Assembly: GCA_009602725.1 (NCBI GenBank) | Contig: WELB01000006.1 | Location: 404,687 to 468,686, forward strand | Origin: Spirogloea muscicola | Taxonomy: Eukaryota | Direction: 5' to 3' | DNA length: 64,000 bases | Part shown: piece after piece, positions 63,586 through 64,000 of the stretch | How the letters are laid out: each line of letters starts with the position of its first letter | Position numbering within the stretch: the first letter of the stretch is position 1 | Translations under genes and position numbers: made by a program | Notes under the pieces: model-generated | The model's database searches: none | What the model was told of the DNA's origin: nothing | What the model saw: only the letters and a program-made list of their open reading frames with translations

Positions 63586-63801
63586 ATGGAGGACCCCAAG
63601 CGGGACATTGTGCACGTCGTGCGAGGCCTCGTGCAGCAGCCCACGTTGGGGAGGCAGGCGCAGTTCATCCGCCGCTACTTCGCTCCAGATGTCAAGTTCT
63701 TCCACTTCTTCATCGACATCGCAGAGGGCGCCGACGATCTGACTGCAATCTATCACTTCGGAGAGATTTTCTTCCGCTACCAGGCCGTGGAGTTTCACAA
63801 G
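63586..63801 (+). CDS. First exon of an NTF2/SnoaL-like fold protein; the gene continues beyond the window
   Basis: MEDPKRDIVHVVRGLV...QAQFIRRYFAPDVKFFHFF...LTAIY followed by the donor AAG|GTAAAT. The MEDP..I..V / YF..D..F.H pattern recalls a fungal/algal NTF2-like family. Confidence 0.6.
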
Positions 63802-64000
63802 GTAAATGTCACCTCTGCAGCGGCAGCTGTGCTTACCAATGTCCCTTGCAGCACTAGTCCTCACAAGAGCTTGGAGCAAGTCGAAAGTTCCTGTTTCCGT
63901 GCAGGCCGGGCTTGTGCTCAACTATGGACACGAATAGTCTGTCATTACCTGCCAGCGACAAGAAATAAGAGCACAGAGTGATGCACAGCAAGTTTGATAA

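Overview
Intron-rich, GC-rich eukaryotic nuclear DNA. The gene set suggests a streptophyte green alga or early-diverging plant lineage (inference from LIG6, an FRB1-like GT106 and a TNO1-like golgin). From about 3.9 kb onward there is a compact run of spliced genes, mostly in head-to-head pairs: DNA ligase 6 (-), a cyanobacterial-type chorismate pyruvate-lyase/Ycf21 (DUF98) (+), GH47 mannosidase MNS5 (-), mitochondrial ATP synthase beta (+), STN7 kinase (-), a GT47 exostosin glycosyltransferase (+), proteasome beta-3 (-), a UVR+YccV (ClpF-like) protein (+), a GT106 O-fucosyltransferase-family gene (+), a very long TNO1-like coiled-coil golgin (-), and the start of an NTF2-like gene (+). The first ~850 bp differ: two intronless, overlapping, lower-GC ORFs. 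One is a truncated family-1 uracil-DNA glycosylase with a GQSPYP motif, and the other resembles a large-DNA-virus protein. They look like the edge of an endogenised giant-virus (NCLDV-like) segment, bordered by a microsatellite and a decayed Ty3/Gypsy relic. Other notable structure: a dispersed modular GGCTGTGAAAAGCCAGCCCA repeat family, a tandem duplication across a LIG6 splice acceptor, and tandemly duplicated exons in the golgin. All gene models and family calls were made by eye from remembered motifs. No searches were run. Two N gaps hide four gene starts.
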